Shown piece after piece: positions 27,958 through 40,872 of a DNA stretch of 64,000 nt. The notes beneath the pieces were generated by a model. The model was not told the origin of the DNA and searched no databases. It saw nothing but the letters and a program-made list of their open reading frames with translations. Each line of letters starts with the position of its first letter. Position 1 is the first letter of the stretch. The stretch comes from Eledone cirrhosa (Eukaryota), in assembly GCA_964016885.1 (NCBI GenBank), contig OZ024741.1, positions 390,290,001 to 390,354,000 of the forward strand, read 5' to 3'. A program made the translations under genes and the position numbers.

Positions 27958-29049
27958 TTTTCTTTATTAACCACAAGGTTTACATAAAGTAGACATTAAG
28001 GACAGTACAGGACAATACAGGACGGTACAAATGGGCATTTCTGCGTGTAAAAAAAACAGAGGATGAAATAAAATAACAAAGAAAAATTCCCCAATAGGGG
28101 GGAGACTTCCGAGGGACATTTGTGGAGAAAGTCCATTAAAAGACCACAGTGGCCCTGACCACCAGGGCAAGCCCTCTCCCAGTTTTCCACCTTTAATTTA
28201 CAGACAGATACTCAGAGAAGGCCCATTCATTCGGGCCATACTTGCTTCTCTCACCCATCTTTCAACAAAATGCTGGGAAGAGAGCACTTCCCTCTCTACC
28301 CTGATTTTCCTTTTCAAATGAAATTTGAAAAAGTTAATCAGGGCATCACCGAAGAGGTAAGTGCTAGTCTTCAGCCCTTTCAAACGTGTCCACCATACTA
28401 TCTCTTTCGCCATGGCCACCAGACAGATAAAAACTACCTGCCCTTCCCGGCTAAAGGAAGGGGGCGGGGCAATCCTCACGATGGACTCAGCTGATAGCTG
28501 GATCCGTCCTACACGTGACAGCAGGTGTTCGACATAAACCCACAAGTCAGCATGCTCGGACACTGGACGAGTGCGTGCAGGACGGTTTCGTCGCCCTGTG
28601 CGCATCTCGGACATGCCCGGGTGACGGCACCTCCATGCCTGTAAAGTTTATCCCGAACTGGCAAAGCACCCCGGTAGCACTGCCAGGCCAGGGATTTCTG
28701 GAAGTTGTCCATAGGCCCCGGCCCGAAAGTCCTTCCGAAGAGATTGGCTAGTTGATTTTCGTCGACGCCTAGAGTTTCTCCAAGTACGTCGACGCTCTTC
28801 CCCTCCACTAATCCCCTATAGAACGCCAACGTGGAGTTTCCACCGATCACATTGCCCGATTGGTCGAGGGCTGTGAGCGCCTGAAGACATTCCAGTCTCC
28901 AAGCGCTCCCTCTCGGTCTTCGCTTGACCCAGAACTGCAGCTCCGTCAAGGAAACGAGCTGGGGAAATACGTGTCTAGCAAACGGCGACCACACCTGATC
29001 ACCGTCGAGGAAAAGGTGGAGATGTCGTAGCCTGAGCGCGTGTCTGCGC

Positions 29050-29050
<1 letters not shown>
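27957..29050 (-). mobile_element. 5'-truncated Tx1/L1-like copy (ORF2 C-terminus plus 3'UTR)
   Basis: Near-identical to 29118-30222 and 35179-36276; frameshifted. Confidence 0.95.
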
Positions 29051-29118
<68 letters not shown>

Positions 29119-29367
29119 TTTTCTTTATTAACCACAAGGGTTCACATAAAGTAGACATTAAGGACAGTGCAGGACAATGCAGGACGGTACAAATGGGCAT
29201 TTCTGCGTGTAAAAAACAAAAACAGAGGATGTAACAAAAAATAACAATGAAAAATTCCCCAATAGGGGGGAGACTTCGGAGGGACATTTGTGGAGAAAGC
29301 CCAGTAAAAAGCCACAATGACCCTGACCACCAAGGCAAGTGCCCTCTCCCAGTTTTCCACCTTTAAT

Positions 29368-32300
29368 TTACAGATATATACTCAGAGTAGGCCCATTCAC
29401 TCGGGCCATTCTTGCTTCTCTCACCCATCTTTCAACAAAATGCTGGGAAGAGAGCACTTCCCTCTCTACTCTGATTTTCCTTTTCAAATGAAATTTGTAA
29501 AAGTCAATCAGAGCATCACCGAAGAGGTAAGTGCTCGTCTTCAGCCCTTTCAAACGTGTCCACCATACTATCTCTTTCGCCATGGCCACCAGACAGATAA
29601 AAACTGCCTGCCCTTCCCGGCTAAAGGAGGAGGGCGGGGCAATCCTCACGATGGACTCAGATGATAGCCGGATCCGTCCTAAACGCGACAGCAGGTGTTC
29701 GACATAAACCCACAAGTCAGCAATTTTCGGACACTGGACGAGTGCGTGCAGGACGGTTTCGTCGCCCTTCGCGCATCTCGGACATGCCCGGCTGACGGCA
29801 CCTCCATGCCTGTAGAGTTTATCCCGAACTGGCAAGGCTCCTCGGTAGCACTGCCAGGCCAGAGATTTCTGGAAGTTGTCCATAGGCCCTGGCCCGAAAG
29901 TTCTTCCGAAGAGATTGGCTAGTTGATTTTCGTCGACGCCTAGAGTTTCCCCAAGTACGTTGTCGCTCTTCCCCTCCACTAATCCTCTATAGAACGCCGA
30001 GGTGGAGTTTCCACCGATCACATTGCCCGATTGGTCGAGGGCTGTGAGCGCCTGAAGACATTCCAGTCTCCAGGTGCTCCCTCTCGGTCTTCGCTTGACC
30101 CAGGACTGCAGCTCCGTCAAGGAAACGAGCTGGGGAAATACGTGTCTAGCAAACGGCGACCACACCTTATCACCGTAGAGGAAGAGGTGGAGATGTCGTA
30201 GCCTGAGCGCGTGCCTGCGCATCATCAGCCACGGCATGCCCAGCCCTCCACGTAGCGGGTGTTGACAACAAATGGACCGCCTGACCATCGGAGCACGTCC
30301 CTTCCACAAAAAGCGAAAGAGCAAACGCTCCAGCGCAGTCAGGCGAGGCTTAGGACAAGGTACGACGGTCAGGCGGTAGCAGATTACAGACGCGATGTAC
30401 GCGTTAGCCACTTCCGCTCGACCTTTCAGGGATAGCTTCCTCTCCGCCCATTTCTGGGTGAGAGAAGCCACCCTGCTCGTCTCCTCGTCCCAGTTTTTGT
30501 CCGTCTGGAGGTCCGGACCGAACCAGACCCCTAGCAATTTAACCGGTCCGTCCGTCCAGCGTCCGACGACGCTGTTGGACGGCATGGACCTGCCTCTCCA
30601 GGTGCCGAGCTGCAGGCCCACTGACTTTTCCTGGTTGATCATTGCTCCTGTCACCGCTTCGTATTCTCTTAGTGTAATGCCGATCGCCTCGATGTGTTTG
30701 GCGTTCGACACCACTACGGTGACATCGTCCGCATATGCTGACACGGATCTTCCGCATCCTAGTTCGCGCGGGACTCCCCTCAACGTCTCCAGTTTGTGCA
30801 GTAATGGCTCGAGAGTCAATACGTACAATAGGGACGAGAGGGGACATCCTTGGCGGACCGAGCGCATGATGTTGAACGGTTCCGAAAGGTGACCGTTCAC
30901 TCTCACTACAGAGCAGATGTCGCTGTGCATGGCAGCGATCCAGCCTCTGAAGACGGGCCCAAAGCCAGCCGCCCTCAGGACTGCCGCTAGGTAACGATGG
31001 TCGACCCTATCGAAAGCTTTCGACTGATCTAAATTGATCAAGGACCCACCCGTGCCAGGTTCCTTAGCTACCCTCTCTATGATGTATCGCATGAGGTGGA
31101 GGTTGTCGTGGATGGATCTGTCGGGAATGGCGCATGTCTGCGCCTCTCCCACCAGACCACCAACGACAAGCGCCAACCTCTTTGCTAGCACCTTGGCCAA
31201 AATCTTGAACTCTGTGTTTAGCAGAGTTATGGGCCGGAAATTATCTATGTTATCCCCCTTGTTTGGATCCTTTCTCAGCAGTGCCACCGCTCCTCGGCTC
31301 ACAGAACTGGGAATTCTCCCGTTCTGTTGCCAGTTGCAGTAGACGTCCGCCAAGAGGCCTCCGAACAAGTCTGGCATCTGTACGTAAAGTTCATAGGGCA
31401 GACCATCCAAACCAGGCGATTTACCCATTGTGCAACTAGTCATTGCATCCCGTACTTCAGCTGATGTTATCGGCTTTTCGCAACACTCCGCCTCAGTGGC
31501 CGAAAGCCGCGGCAGTCCTTCGAGGTAGACACTAAAGTCCATCCCTCGATCCGGCCCGCCACTGCCCCCGAACAGTTGAGCGAAGTGTCGCTGAAAAGCT
31601 TCACACATTTGCCCGGGATCGAGTAGCATGCGCCCGTCGTGGTCCACCAAAGACCGGATCGTGGCTTTGTTGCCACGACGCGCCTCCGCCACTCGGGCCC
31701 ATTGAACGGTTTTCGTCCCCTCGTGTCTGAGAGCACGCACTCTTGCTCTGACAACGCAGCCTTCGTGCTTTGCATTGAAGAATTGGTCAAGGGCCAATTT
31801 CGCCGCAAGCACGTCGGTCGCAATGCCTTTGCTAAGCGCCTCGTCTAATTTTCTAACTAGTTCTCCCTCTGCTCTATTTTTCTCTATTGCTAAAGCCTTA
31901 CTAAACCTAATCGATTCTATTCTAATCGCTCTTTTCAGAGCAAACCACCACTTGTTGTTGACGATGGCCCCCGTCAACGCCCGCTTAACTAGTTCGCTAA
32001 TCCGGTCTCTGTAGGCCTTGCGCGCTGGTAAGGACGCGTTTAGCTTCCAGTAGCCGGGTCCTCGTCCATGAAGCCTATCTAAGTCAAGCACACAGATCAC
32101 GAATTTGTGGTCCGTGTAGCTGACTATCTTGAATTGTGGACAGCCTATGCTAGACCTATCTATTTCCCTACAAAATACTCTATCTAGATATGATCTAGAT
32201 GACCCTATGCGATTTGTCCAAGTCCACATTGGCACATTCGGGAAATCCAATCGGTACCTGTCAGACAGTTCAAAACGCCTGAGCAGGTTGGTGAGGCTCT

Positions 32301-32787
32301 TGCACCCTCCACCACTATCCGCTAATCCCACTCAGTCCCAGCGTGCATCTAAGATCCCGTTCCAGTCGCCCACTAACACTAAAGAGCGGGACGTTCCAAG
32401 AAAAGTCTCCAGACGCCGGAAGAAATCAGGCCGCCCTGCTCCTGTCGGGGCATAGACGGCCACTAGCCTGAAAGCTTGCCCGTCTCCGCTGGTCACGTCC
32501 AGCACCACCAGCTTACCCTCTGGGTCCAGGAAGATGGCCCGTATGGCGAGATCCAAACCTCTCCGAAAAAGCACAGCAACTCCTCCCCCCGACCCAGGAC
32601 GGCTGGGAGATGCGCACACATCGTAGCCGCCGAAGATCGGTGCGAAGGCCCGTGCTTCGGAGATTCTGGTCTCGCTGATGGCCACTACATCTATGTTTAG
32701 TGACCTGAGGTCGTTGAGCAGGTGACCCTGCTTCCATGACGACCCCAAGCCACGCGCATTTATGCTGCCTATTCTGAGTGAGGTCAT
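29368..32787 (-). pseudogene. ORF2 (APE-RT-CCHC) split by a TGT>TGA stop at 32332-32334
   Basis: 151-aa and 987-aa ORFs are in frame and collinear with the 1139-aa ORF of copy 2; QGCPLS, AYADD, CPRC...HALVQC. Confidence 0.93.
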
Positions 32788-32822
32788 GTTTAAAATAGAG
32801 TGGAAAAGATGGGAAAGACCAC

Positions 32823-34921
32823 TTACCGTACTTTTGGTAGAGGAGGAATGGTTTTTACATCCCTTTTCACTTGATCGTCTGGTGAAGGGACCGTTGAATC
32901 GTCCCTTCGGCTGGTCGTCGGCTCTTCTAAGAGAATGTCTGAATATACTCTTCGATTGATGGTTCCTCCTAGGTCCCTGAAATCACCAACTGCGTTGGGG
33001 AATTTCGTTTTAATGTTTGTGTATTGTTTCTGTGCTATTTTTAGCAGTCTTATGTTAGTTGGCGTTTTGATTGGTGCTGGTATTATGTAGTCCTGTTGTG
33101 AAATGTCTGTGTGTTCAATTATGTAAGTCATTAGTTTCTTGTTGTGTGTATTTATTGCCGTGCATTTGTTTTTCTGGGGGTGGGGTGTGGTTCTGCTATT
33201 TTCTTGTCGTTGTTGCTGGGTGTGTGTTTTGTTGTTGTGTTTGCGATGTTGGTGCTTGTGGTGGTGGTGTTGAAGGTGTTGTTGGCGGTGGGGTTGTCGC
33301 CGGTGGTGATGGTGGTGCTAGTGTGGGTGGTGATGGTGTTGGTGGTGTTGCTGCTGTGGGTCTCTTTGCAGTAGACTTTACCCTTTTCTCATTTCTTTCC
33401 TCCCTTTTCAAAGGCGACGATGCGCTGCTTCTGCGTTTGTGCCTTCTTACGACCTTTTGCCATCCCTCTCCCACCTCACACTCCATGTCTGATTCTGTGA
33501 GGTCGGGGAGGGGTACCAGCTCCACTCTTTCACTTGTTGTTGTTGGTGATGTTTGCACTGGAGTCTCTGTTGCAGCTGCATTTGGTATTGCTGTTGTTGT
33601 TGTTAATATTTCCACTGCTGCTGCTGTTTTTGATTTCCGTGGCGTGGGTATGGGTGCCACGGACCTATCGTTCCTGGTTGCCGCTTGTCCTGTTGCTGGT
33701 AGCCGTGGAGCCGGATTCGGAAGGAGGGGGGTTTTCTCCTTTCTCAGGGTCTTCTCGTTGCAGAAGGCCCTGAGGTGAGTCTTCGATCCACAGCGAAAGC
33801 CTTTCGGGCGTTTGCCCTCAACACTTATGGGCAGTTGAGTGCCGTTATCGAAGTCTATCACATCCGGGATAGCTTCGATGCACTCCTGGTTGGTTTGGAT
33901 TAGCATCTCAATGGAGGTGCCGACCCAATATTCTCTTACTTTTTTCTGTACTTGCAGTACAGTTGTTTTGTCCTCGATTCCGACGAGGACAGACGCGGCC
34001 AGCCAAGAAGGGGCCATTCCGGGGGAGACGTGGGTCAGTTTGACCCTCACAATTTTTTGCCCGCAGTAGGAGGGCACCAACACCATTTCCTCGCCTTAGG
34101 GTCACTACGGATTGGGCCTCTGCCTCCTGGGGTGTGGCAAAAAGTACGTCTACGGTGGCATATTTTTTGCCTCGGGTGATGTGCGTTTTCCGCTGCCACA
34201 CAGACCCCAAGGCTTTTTGTATTTGGGCCTCTGTGGCTCTTTCCACCCTACGGGATTTTGTACTTACTGTACGGTACGTGACCGTACAGTGCTGTTGGGT
34301 TTCGAAAAAATTTTCCGCTGCCTTGCAGATTGCTCGGTGTCCATTCTTTGTCACCATCTTCTTCGCTTCCTCTAATTCCTCATTTGTTATGAGGATTGTT
34401 TCCAAGTTTTTCGCAATACCTGCAAATGAGATTGGTTTTTCTTTGCTGCTGTTATTGTTGTTGTCGTCAGAGCTGCTGTTACTTTTGTTGTTGCTGCAGG
34501 TACTACGACTACTGCCTTCGCCGCTGTTGCTGTGGTTGTTGTTGGTGTTGCTGCTGCTAATGCTGTTGTTGTTTATGCTGCTGGTGATGCTGTTGCGGCT
34601 GCTACTGTTGTTTTCATTGTCACTGTTGCTGTTGTTATTACGGCTGCTACTGCTATTATTCCTGACGTCAGACGAATGAACTGGGTTTTCGTATTTCCCG
34701 CACACCTGTTTCGTCGCTGTCGTCGTCGTCGTGGAGAAACCTTGCATGCTTTGCACGAGACTTTTCTTTTCTTTCGTCACTTGCGAAAGAGAAGGGAGGG
34801 AGAGAGACACATTTAAAGAAGGGAGGGAGAGAGACAATCTTCTCTCTGCTGTAGTGACGATTGAGGAAGAAGAAGACGGAATGAGTGGGAGTGACCTATG
34901 CAAATTCTTTTTCGTAGCCAT
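32823..34921 (-). pseudogene. ORF1 of copy 1, frameshifted, with degenerate zinc knuckle and Pro/Thr/Ser/Asn-rich regions
   Basis: Three consecutive ORF pieces homologous to copy 2 ORF1; VEGKRPKGFRCGSKTHLRAFC. Confidence 0.8.
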
Positions 34922-35136
34922 GTTGTTTTTTTGTTTAAAATAAATATTGGGTACAAACCCCCAATAAGCAGTTATTTAACCCCGAAGGGCCAAATAACGG
35001 ACAGAAAGACCCCTCTCACGAGGAGGAGGGTGTTTTTGTCTACAAGTTGGTCTAAGTTTTAAACAATTTACAATTGTTAAAGCGTTCAAAATTTACAGTA
35101 CCTTACAGAGCCGAGCCTCCGTCAACCATAGCATTC

Positions 35137-35179
<43 letters not shown>

Positions 35180-35421
35180 TTTTCTTTATTAACCACAAGG
35201 GTTCACATAAAGTAGACATTAAGGACAGTACAGGACAATACAGGACGGTACAAATGGGCATTTCTGCGTGTAAAAAAACAGAGGTTGAAATAAAATAACA
35301 AAGAAAAATTCCCCAATAGGGGGGAGACTTCCAAGGGACATTTGTGGAGAAAGCCCATTAAAAGACCACAGTGGCCCTGACCACCAGGGCAAGTGCCCTC
35401 TCCCAGTTTTCCACCTTTAAT

Positions 35422-38400
35422 TTACAGACACATACTCAGAGAAGGCCCATTCATTCGGGCCATACTTGCTTCTCTCACCCATCTTTCAACAAAATGCTGG
35501 GAAGAGAGCACTTCCCTCTCTACCCTGATTTTCCTTTTCAAATAAAATTTGAAAAAGTTAATCAGGGCATCACCGAAGAGGTAAGTGCTCGTCTTCAGCC
35601 CTTTCAAACGTGTCCACCACACTATCTCTTTCGCCATGGCCACCAGACAGATAAAAACTGCCTGCCCTTCCAGGCTAAAGGAAGGGGGCGGGGCAATCCT
35701 CACGATGGACTCAGCTGATAGCTGGATCCGTCCTACACGTGACAGCAGGTGTTCGACATAAACCCACAAGTCAGCAATGCTCGGACACTGGACGAGTGCG
35801 TGCAGGACGGTTTCGTCGCCCTGCGCGCATCTCGGACATGCCCGGCTGACGGCACCTCCATGCCTGTAGAGTTTATCCCGAACTGGCAAAGCTCCTCGGT
35901 AGCACTGCCAGGCCAGGGATTTCTGGAAGTTGTCCATAGGCCCCGGCCCCAAAGTCCTTCCGAAGAGATTGGCTAATTGATTTTCGTCGACGCTTAGAGT
36001 TTCTCCAAGTACGTCGTCGCTCTTCCCCTCCACTAATCCCCTATAGAACGCCAAGGTGGAGTTTCCACCGATCACATTGCCCGATTGGTCGAGTGCTGTG
36101 AGCGCCTGAAGACATTCCAGTCTCCAAGCGCTCCCTCTCGGTCTTCGCTCGACCCAGGACTGCAGCTCCGTCAAGGAGACGAACTGGGGAAAAACGTGTC
36201 TTGCAAACGGCGACCACACCTGATCACCGTCGAGGAAGAGGTGGAGATGTCGTAGCCTGAGCGCGTGCCTGCGCATCATCAGCCACGGCATGCCCAGCCC
36301 TCCACGTAGCGGGTGTTGACAGCAGATGGACCGCCTGACCATCGGAGCGCGTCCCTTCCACAAGAAGCGAAAGAGCAAACGCTCCAGCGCAGTCAGGCGG
36401 GGCTTAGGACAAGGTACGACGGTCAGGCGGTAGTAGATGACGGATGCGATGTACGCATTCGCCACCTCCGCTCGACCTTTCAGGGATAGCTTCCTCTCGG
36501 CCCATTTCTGGGTGAGAGAAGCCACCCTGCTCGTCGCCTCGTCCCAGTTTTTGTCCGTCTGGAGGTCTGGACCGAACCAGACCCCTAGCAATTTAACCGG
36601 TCCGTCCGTCCAGCGCCCGACGACGCTGTTGGACGGCATGGACCTGCCTCTCCAGGTGCCGAGCTGCAGGCCCACTGACTTTTCCTGGTTGATCATTGCT
36701 CCTGTCACCGCTTCGTATTCTCTTAGTGTGGTGCCGATCGCCTCGATGTGTTTGGCGTTCGACACCACTACGGTGACATCGTCGGCATATGCTGACACGG
36801 ATCTTCCGCATCCTAGTTCGCGCGGGACCCCCCTCAACGTCTCCAGTTTGTGCAGTAATGGCTCGAGAGTCAATACGTACAATAGGGACGAGAGGTGACA
36901 TCCTTGGCGGACCGAGCGCATGATGTTGAACGGTTCCGAAAGGTGACCGTTCACTCTCACTACAGAGCAGATGTCGCTGTGCATGGCAGCGATCCAGCCT
37001 CTGAAGACGGGCCCAAAGCCAGCCGCCCTCAGGACTGCCGTTAGGTAACGATGGTCGACCCTATCGAAGGCTTTCGACTGATCTAAATTGATCAAAGACC
37101 CACCCGTGCCAGGTTCCCTAGCTACCCTCTCTACGATGTATCGCATGAGGTGGAGGTTGTCGTGGATGGATCTGTCGGGAATGGCGCATGTCTCTGCCTC
37201 TCCCACCAGACCACCAACGACAAGCGCCAACCTCTTTGCTAGCACCTTGGCCAAAATCTTGAACTCTGTGTTTAGCAGAGTTATGGGCCTAAAATTATCT
37301 ATGTTATCCCCCTTGTTCGGATCCTTTCTCAGCAGCGCCACCGCTCCTCGGCTCACAGAGCTGGGAATTCTCCCATTCTGTTGCCAGTTGCAGTAGACGT
37401 CCGCCAAGAGGCCTCCGAACAAGTTTGGCATTTGTACGTAAAGTTCATAGGGCAGACCATCCAAACCAGGCGATTTACCCATTGTGCAACTAGTCATTGC
37501 ATCCCGTACTTCAGCTGATGTTATCGGCTTTTCGCAACACTCCGCCTCAGTGGCCGAAAGCCGCGGCAGTCCGTCGAGGTAGACACTAAAGTCCATCCCT
37601 CGATCCGGCCCGCCACTGCCCCCGAACAGTTGAGCGAAGTGTCGCTGAAAAGCTTCACACATTTGCCCGGGATCGAGTAGCATGCGCCCGTCGTGGTCCA
37701 CCAAAGACCGGATCGTGGCTTTGTTGCCACGACGCGCCTCCGCCACTCGGGCCCATTGAACGGCTTTCGTCCCCTCGTGTCTGAGAGCACGCACCCTACC
37801 TCTGACAACGCAGCCTTCGTGCTTTGCATTGAAGAATTGGTCAAGGGCCAATTTCGCCGCAATTACGTGGGTCGCGATGCCTTTGCTAAGCGCCTCATCT
37901 AATTTTCTAACTAATTCTCCCTCTGCTCTATTTTTCTCTATTGCTAAAGTCTTACTAAACCTAATGGACTCTATTCTAATTGCTCTTTTCAGAGCAAACC
38001 ACCACTTGTTGTTGACGATGGTCCCCGTCAACGCCCGCTTAACTAGTTCGCTAATCCGGTCTCTGTAGGCCTTGCGCGCTGGTAAGGACGCGTTTAGCTT
38101 CCAGTAGCCGGGTCCTCGTCTATGAAGCCTATCTAAGTCAAGCACACAGATCACGAATTTGTGGTCCGTGTAGCTGACTATCTTGAATTGTGGACAGCCT
38201 ATGCTAGACCTATCTATTTCCCTACAAAATACTCTATCTAGATGTGATCTGGATGACCCTATGCGATTTGTCCAAGTCCACATTGGTACATTCGGGAAAT
38301 CCATTCGGTACCTGTCAGACAGTTCAAAACGTCTGAGCAGGTTGGTGAGACTCTTGCACCCTCCTTCCCTATCCACTAATCCCACACAATCCCAGCGTGC

Positions 38401-38841
38401 ATCTAAGATCCCGTTCCAGTCGCTCACTAACACTAAAGAGCGGGACGTTCCAAGAAAGGTCTCCAGACGCCGGAAGAAATCAGGCCGCCCTGCTCCTGTC
38501 GGGGCATAGACGGCCACTAACCTGAAAGCTTGCCCGTCTCCGCTGGTCACGTCCAGCACCACCAACTTACCTTCTGGGTCCAGGAAGATGGCCCGTATGG
38601 CAAGATCCAAACCACTCCGAAAAAGCACAGCAACTCCTCCCCCCGATCCCGGACGGCTGGGAGATGCGTACACATCGTAGCCGCCGAAGATCGGTGCGAA
38701 AGCCTGTGCTTCGGAGATTCTGGTCTCGCTGATGGCCACTACATCTATGTTTAGTGACCTGAGGTCGTTGAGCAGGTGGCCCTGCTTCCATGACGACCCC
38801 AAGCCACGCGCATTTATGCTGCCTATTCTGAGTGAGGTCAT
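35422..38841 (-). CDS. ORF2p: AP endonuclease, reverse transcriptase and C-terminal CCHC (1139 aa)
   Basis: SINARGL, ISET, VYAP, SHLDR, TDH, GYWKLN, KSPGLDGLP, FRPITLLN, DQSKAFDRV, AYADD, KLLGV, CPRC-x7-H-x4-C; GDWN>SDWN and QGCP>QGCH substitutions relative to copy 1. Confidence 0.95.
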   Translation of the reverse strand: MTSLRIGSINARGLGSSWKQGHLLNDLRSLNIDVVAISETRISEAQAFAPIFGGYDVYASPSRPGSGGGVAVLFRSGLDLAIRAIFLDPEGKLVVLDVTSGDGQAFRLVAVYAPTGAGRPDFFRRLETFLGTSRSLVLVSDWNGILDARWDCVGLVDREGGCKSLTNLLRRFELSDRYRMDFPNVPMWTWTNRIGSSRSHLDRVFCREIDRSSIGCPQFKIVSYTDHKFVICVLDLDRLHRRGPGYWKLNASLPARKAYRDRISELVKRALTGTIVNNKWWFALKRAIRIESIRFSKTLAIEKNRAEGELVRKLDEALSKGIATHVIAAKLALDQFFNAKHEGCVVRGRVRALRHEGTKAVQWARVAEARRGNKATIRSLVDHDGRMLLDPGQMCEAFQRHFAQLFGGSGGPDRGMDFSVYLDGLPRLSATEAECCEKPITSAEVRDAMTSCTMGKSPGLDGLPYELYVQMPNLFGGLLADVYCNWQQNGRIPSSVSRGAVALLRKDPNKGDNIDNFRPITLLNTEFKILAKVLAKRLALVVGGLVGEAETCAIPDRSIHDNLHLMRYIVERVAREPGTGGSLINLDQSKAFDRVDHRYLTAVLRAAGFGPVFRGWIAAMHSDICSVVRVNGHLSEPFNIMRSVRQGCHLSSLLYVLTLEPLLHKLETLRGVPRELGCGRSVSAYADDVTVVVSNAKHIEAIGTTLREYEAVTGAMINQEKSVGLQLGTWRGRSMPSNSVVGRWTDGPVKLLGVWFGPDLQTDKNWDEATSRVASLTQKWAERKLSLKGRAEVANAYIASVIYYRLTVVPCPKPRLTALERLLFRFLWKGRAPMVRRSICCQHPLRGGLGMPWLMMRRHALRLRHLHLFLDGDQVWSPFARHVFPQFVSLTELQSWVERRPRGSAWRLECLQALTALDQSGNVIGGNSTLAFYRGLVEGKSDDVLGETLSVDENQLANLFGRTLGPGPMDNFQKSLAWQCYRGALPVRDKLYRHGGAVSRACPRCAQGDETVLHALVQCPSIADLWVYVEHLLSRVGRIQLSAESIVRIAPPPSFSLEGQAVFICLVAMAKEIVWWTRLKGLKTSTYLFGDALINFFKFYLKRKIRVEREVLSSQHFVERWVREASMARMNGPSLSMCL

Positions 38842-38875
38842 GTTGAAAAGGAGTGGAAAAGATGGGAAAGACCAC

Positions 38876-40872
38876 TTACCTTACTTCTCGTAGGGGAAGG
38901 ACGGCTTTTCCATCCTTTTCACTGCTTGTGGCCTCCTCAGGAAGGATGTCCTTATAAATCCTCCTGGAGAGTGCTTGTCGGAAGTCTCCGATGTCTTTGG
39001 GGAATTTTTGTTTTAGTGTCATGTACGTTTTCTGTGTGATGCGAGTGATTTGTATGTGTGGAGGTGTTGTGAATTTTGGGGTTGTTGTGTAGTCTTTTTC
39101 TGTGATGCTGGTGTTGTGTTGGATGTAGTGTAATAATTGCTTGTTGTTCAAATTTAATGCTGTGTAGTGTGTATCGTTTTGGTTGTTTTGTTTTGTTTGC
39201 GTTTGTTGTGGGTTTGTTTCTGTTTCGCATTTTGGTGACTTTTGTGGTGTAGGTGATGGTGGTGCTGGGGATAATGATGGTGATGGTGTTGGTGTTTGGG
39301 TTGATGGGGTTGGTGATGCTGGTGTGGATGGTGGCATATCTGTCCTAACTTTTTTGTTTCTTAGTTTATTTGTTTCTCTCTGTATTTTGTTTTTGGAGGG
39401 GGAAGGAAGAGAATTTTTTCTTTTTTGGTTTCTTTTTTTTTTTCCGGATATCGTTTCCCACTCCTCGTCGTCACAATCTGTCTCCAGTTGTGATAGGCCG
39501 GGGAGTGGAAAATCCTCCACAGCCGTTAGTTTTGGTTGTGGTGTGGTGGATGGTGTAGGCGCTGGTGCTAGTTCTGAAGCGTTGGGTGGTGGTGGTGTTG
39601 GTTTTGCTGGTGGTGGTAGTGGTGTTGGTTTTGCTACTGTTGCTGGGGTTGTTGCTGTTATAGTTGCTTCTGTTGTTGCTGCTACAGTTGTTGCTGCCAT
39701 CGCTGCTACTGGTGGTGTTGATGGTTGTGTCACTGGGGTGGGTAGGAGAGGTGGCCTCAACCTTTTAGCCTGAGGGCAGAAAGCCCTTAGGTGGGTTCCT
39801 TCACCACAAACGACACACCTAGGTCTTCTGCCCTCGACAATTACCGTGAGGTGGCTGCCGTCAGTGAGGTCTATTACCTCTGGGATCTCCTCAATGCTTT
39901 TTTGGTCCGCTTGGATCAGGAGCTCCATCCCAGATCCGGACCAGTTTTCCTGCTTTTCTTTTGCTACTGCTATTATTTTCGTGTTGGCTTCGATGCCGGC
40001 GAGGACAGCCGCTATTAGCCAGGGAATTTCGATGGCCGGTGGAACGTGGGTCACCCTGATCTTTACGAGTCTCTGGCCACAATAGCTTGGGACGAGTGTG
40101 AGGTCGTCACTTTTTAATGGGGCCATGGAGTGTTCTCTAGCCTCCTCTGGTGTTTCAAAGAACACATCCACGGTTCCATACTTTTGCCCACGTCTGATGT
40201 GGGTTTTTCTTGCCCACACATGTCCCAAAGCTTTTTGGATTTGGGACTCGGATGCCCGTTCCACTCGGCGCGATTTTACATTTATTGTTCTATACGACAC
40301 GGTGCACAGGCGCCGATGCTCCATTTTATTAGGTGGGGGGGGGGGGGGCTGACCCTGTACCCATCTTTCTTTACCATTTGTTTGGCATTTTCTAAATCTT
40401 CTTGAGTTACCGTGAACGCTTCGAATTGTTTTGCTACGATGGCGAAACTGAGGGTCGGTTTTATAATGTCATTGTTGTTGTTGTTGCTATCGTTATTTGT
40501 GTTAATCTTAATTTTTGTTTCAGTTGTGGTGGTGGTGACGTAATTCGTCTTTGGTGCGGAAGAGTCCATTTTGCTTGATTTCATTTCGACATCACGAGTT
40601 AATTTATTTTTTTCTTCTTTTGTTTCTGTTGTCGCGGTGGTGGTGGGGGTGGTGTTGTCGCGGTGGTGGTGGTGGTGGAGGCTTTAACACCTGCAGTCAT
40701 TGGTAATGGCGGGAAATGAATGTCTGCCTGAGACAAATTTAAAATATTGCTACTGCTTATATTTTTTTTTTGTGTTGGCAAACGTAGTAACATTTACAAT
40801 GGTGGTGTCGGTGTGAGGTGTTATTTTGTGAGGAAGGCTTTCAGCTGCTTCGTGCAGAGGGGAATTAGCCAT
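38876..40872 (-). pseudogene. ORF1 of copy 2: 482-aa open C-terminal part with CCHC knuckle; N-terminus frameshifted at homopolymers
   Basis: CVVCGEGTHLRAFC; upstream pieces 40282-40584 and 40599-40793; probable ATG near 40872. Confidence 0.8.

Larger units (their letters stand above)
29118..35136 (-). mobile_element. Full-length Tx1/L1-clade non-LTR retrotransposon, copy 1 (inactivated)
   Basis: 5'UTR, frameshifted ORF1, ORF2 with one nonsense codon, 3'UTR ending AATAAAGAAAACA then (TTA)n. Confidence 0.93.

Noticed and set aside
28509-29135. 208-aa ORF with poly-Ile N-terminus
   Set aside because: Chance read-through from a 3'UTR across (TTA)n into a truncated ORF2
33071-34816. Long plus-strand Val/Leu/Gly-rich ORFs (also 39183-39773)
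   Set aside because: Antisense shadows of low-complexity ORF1
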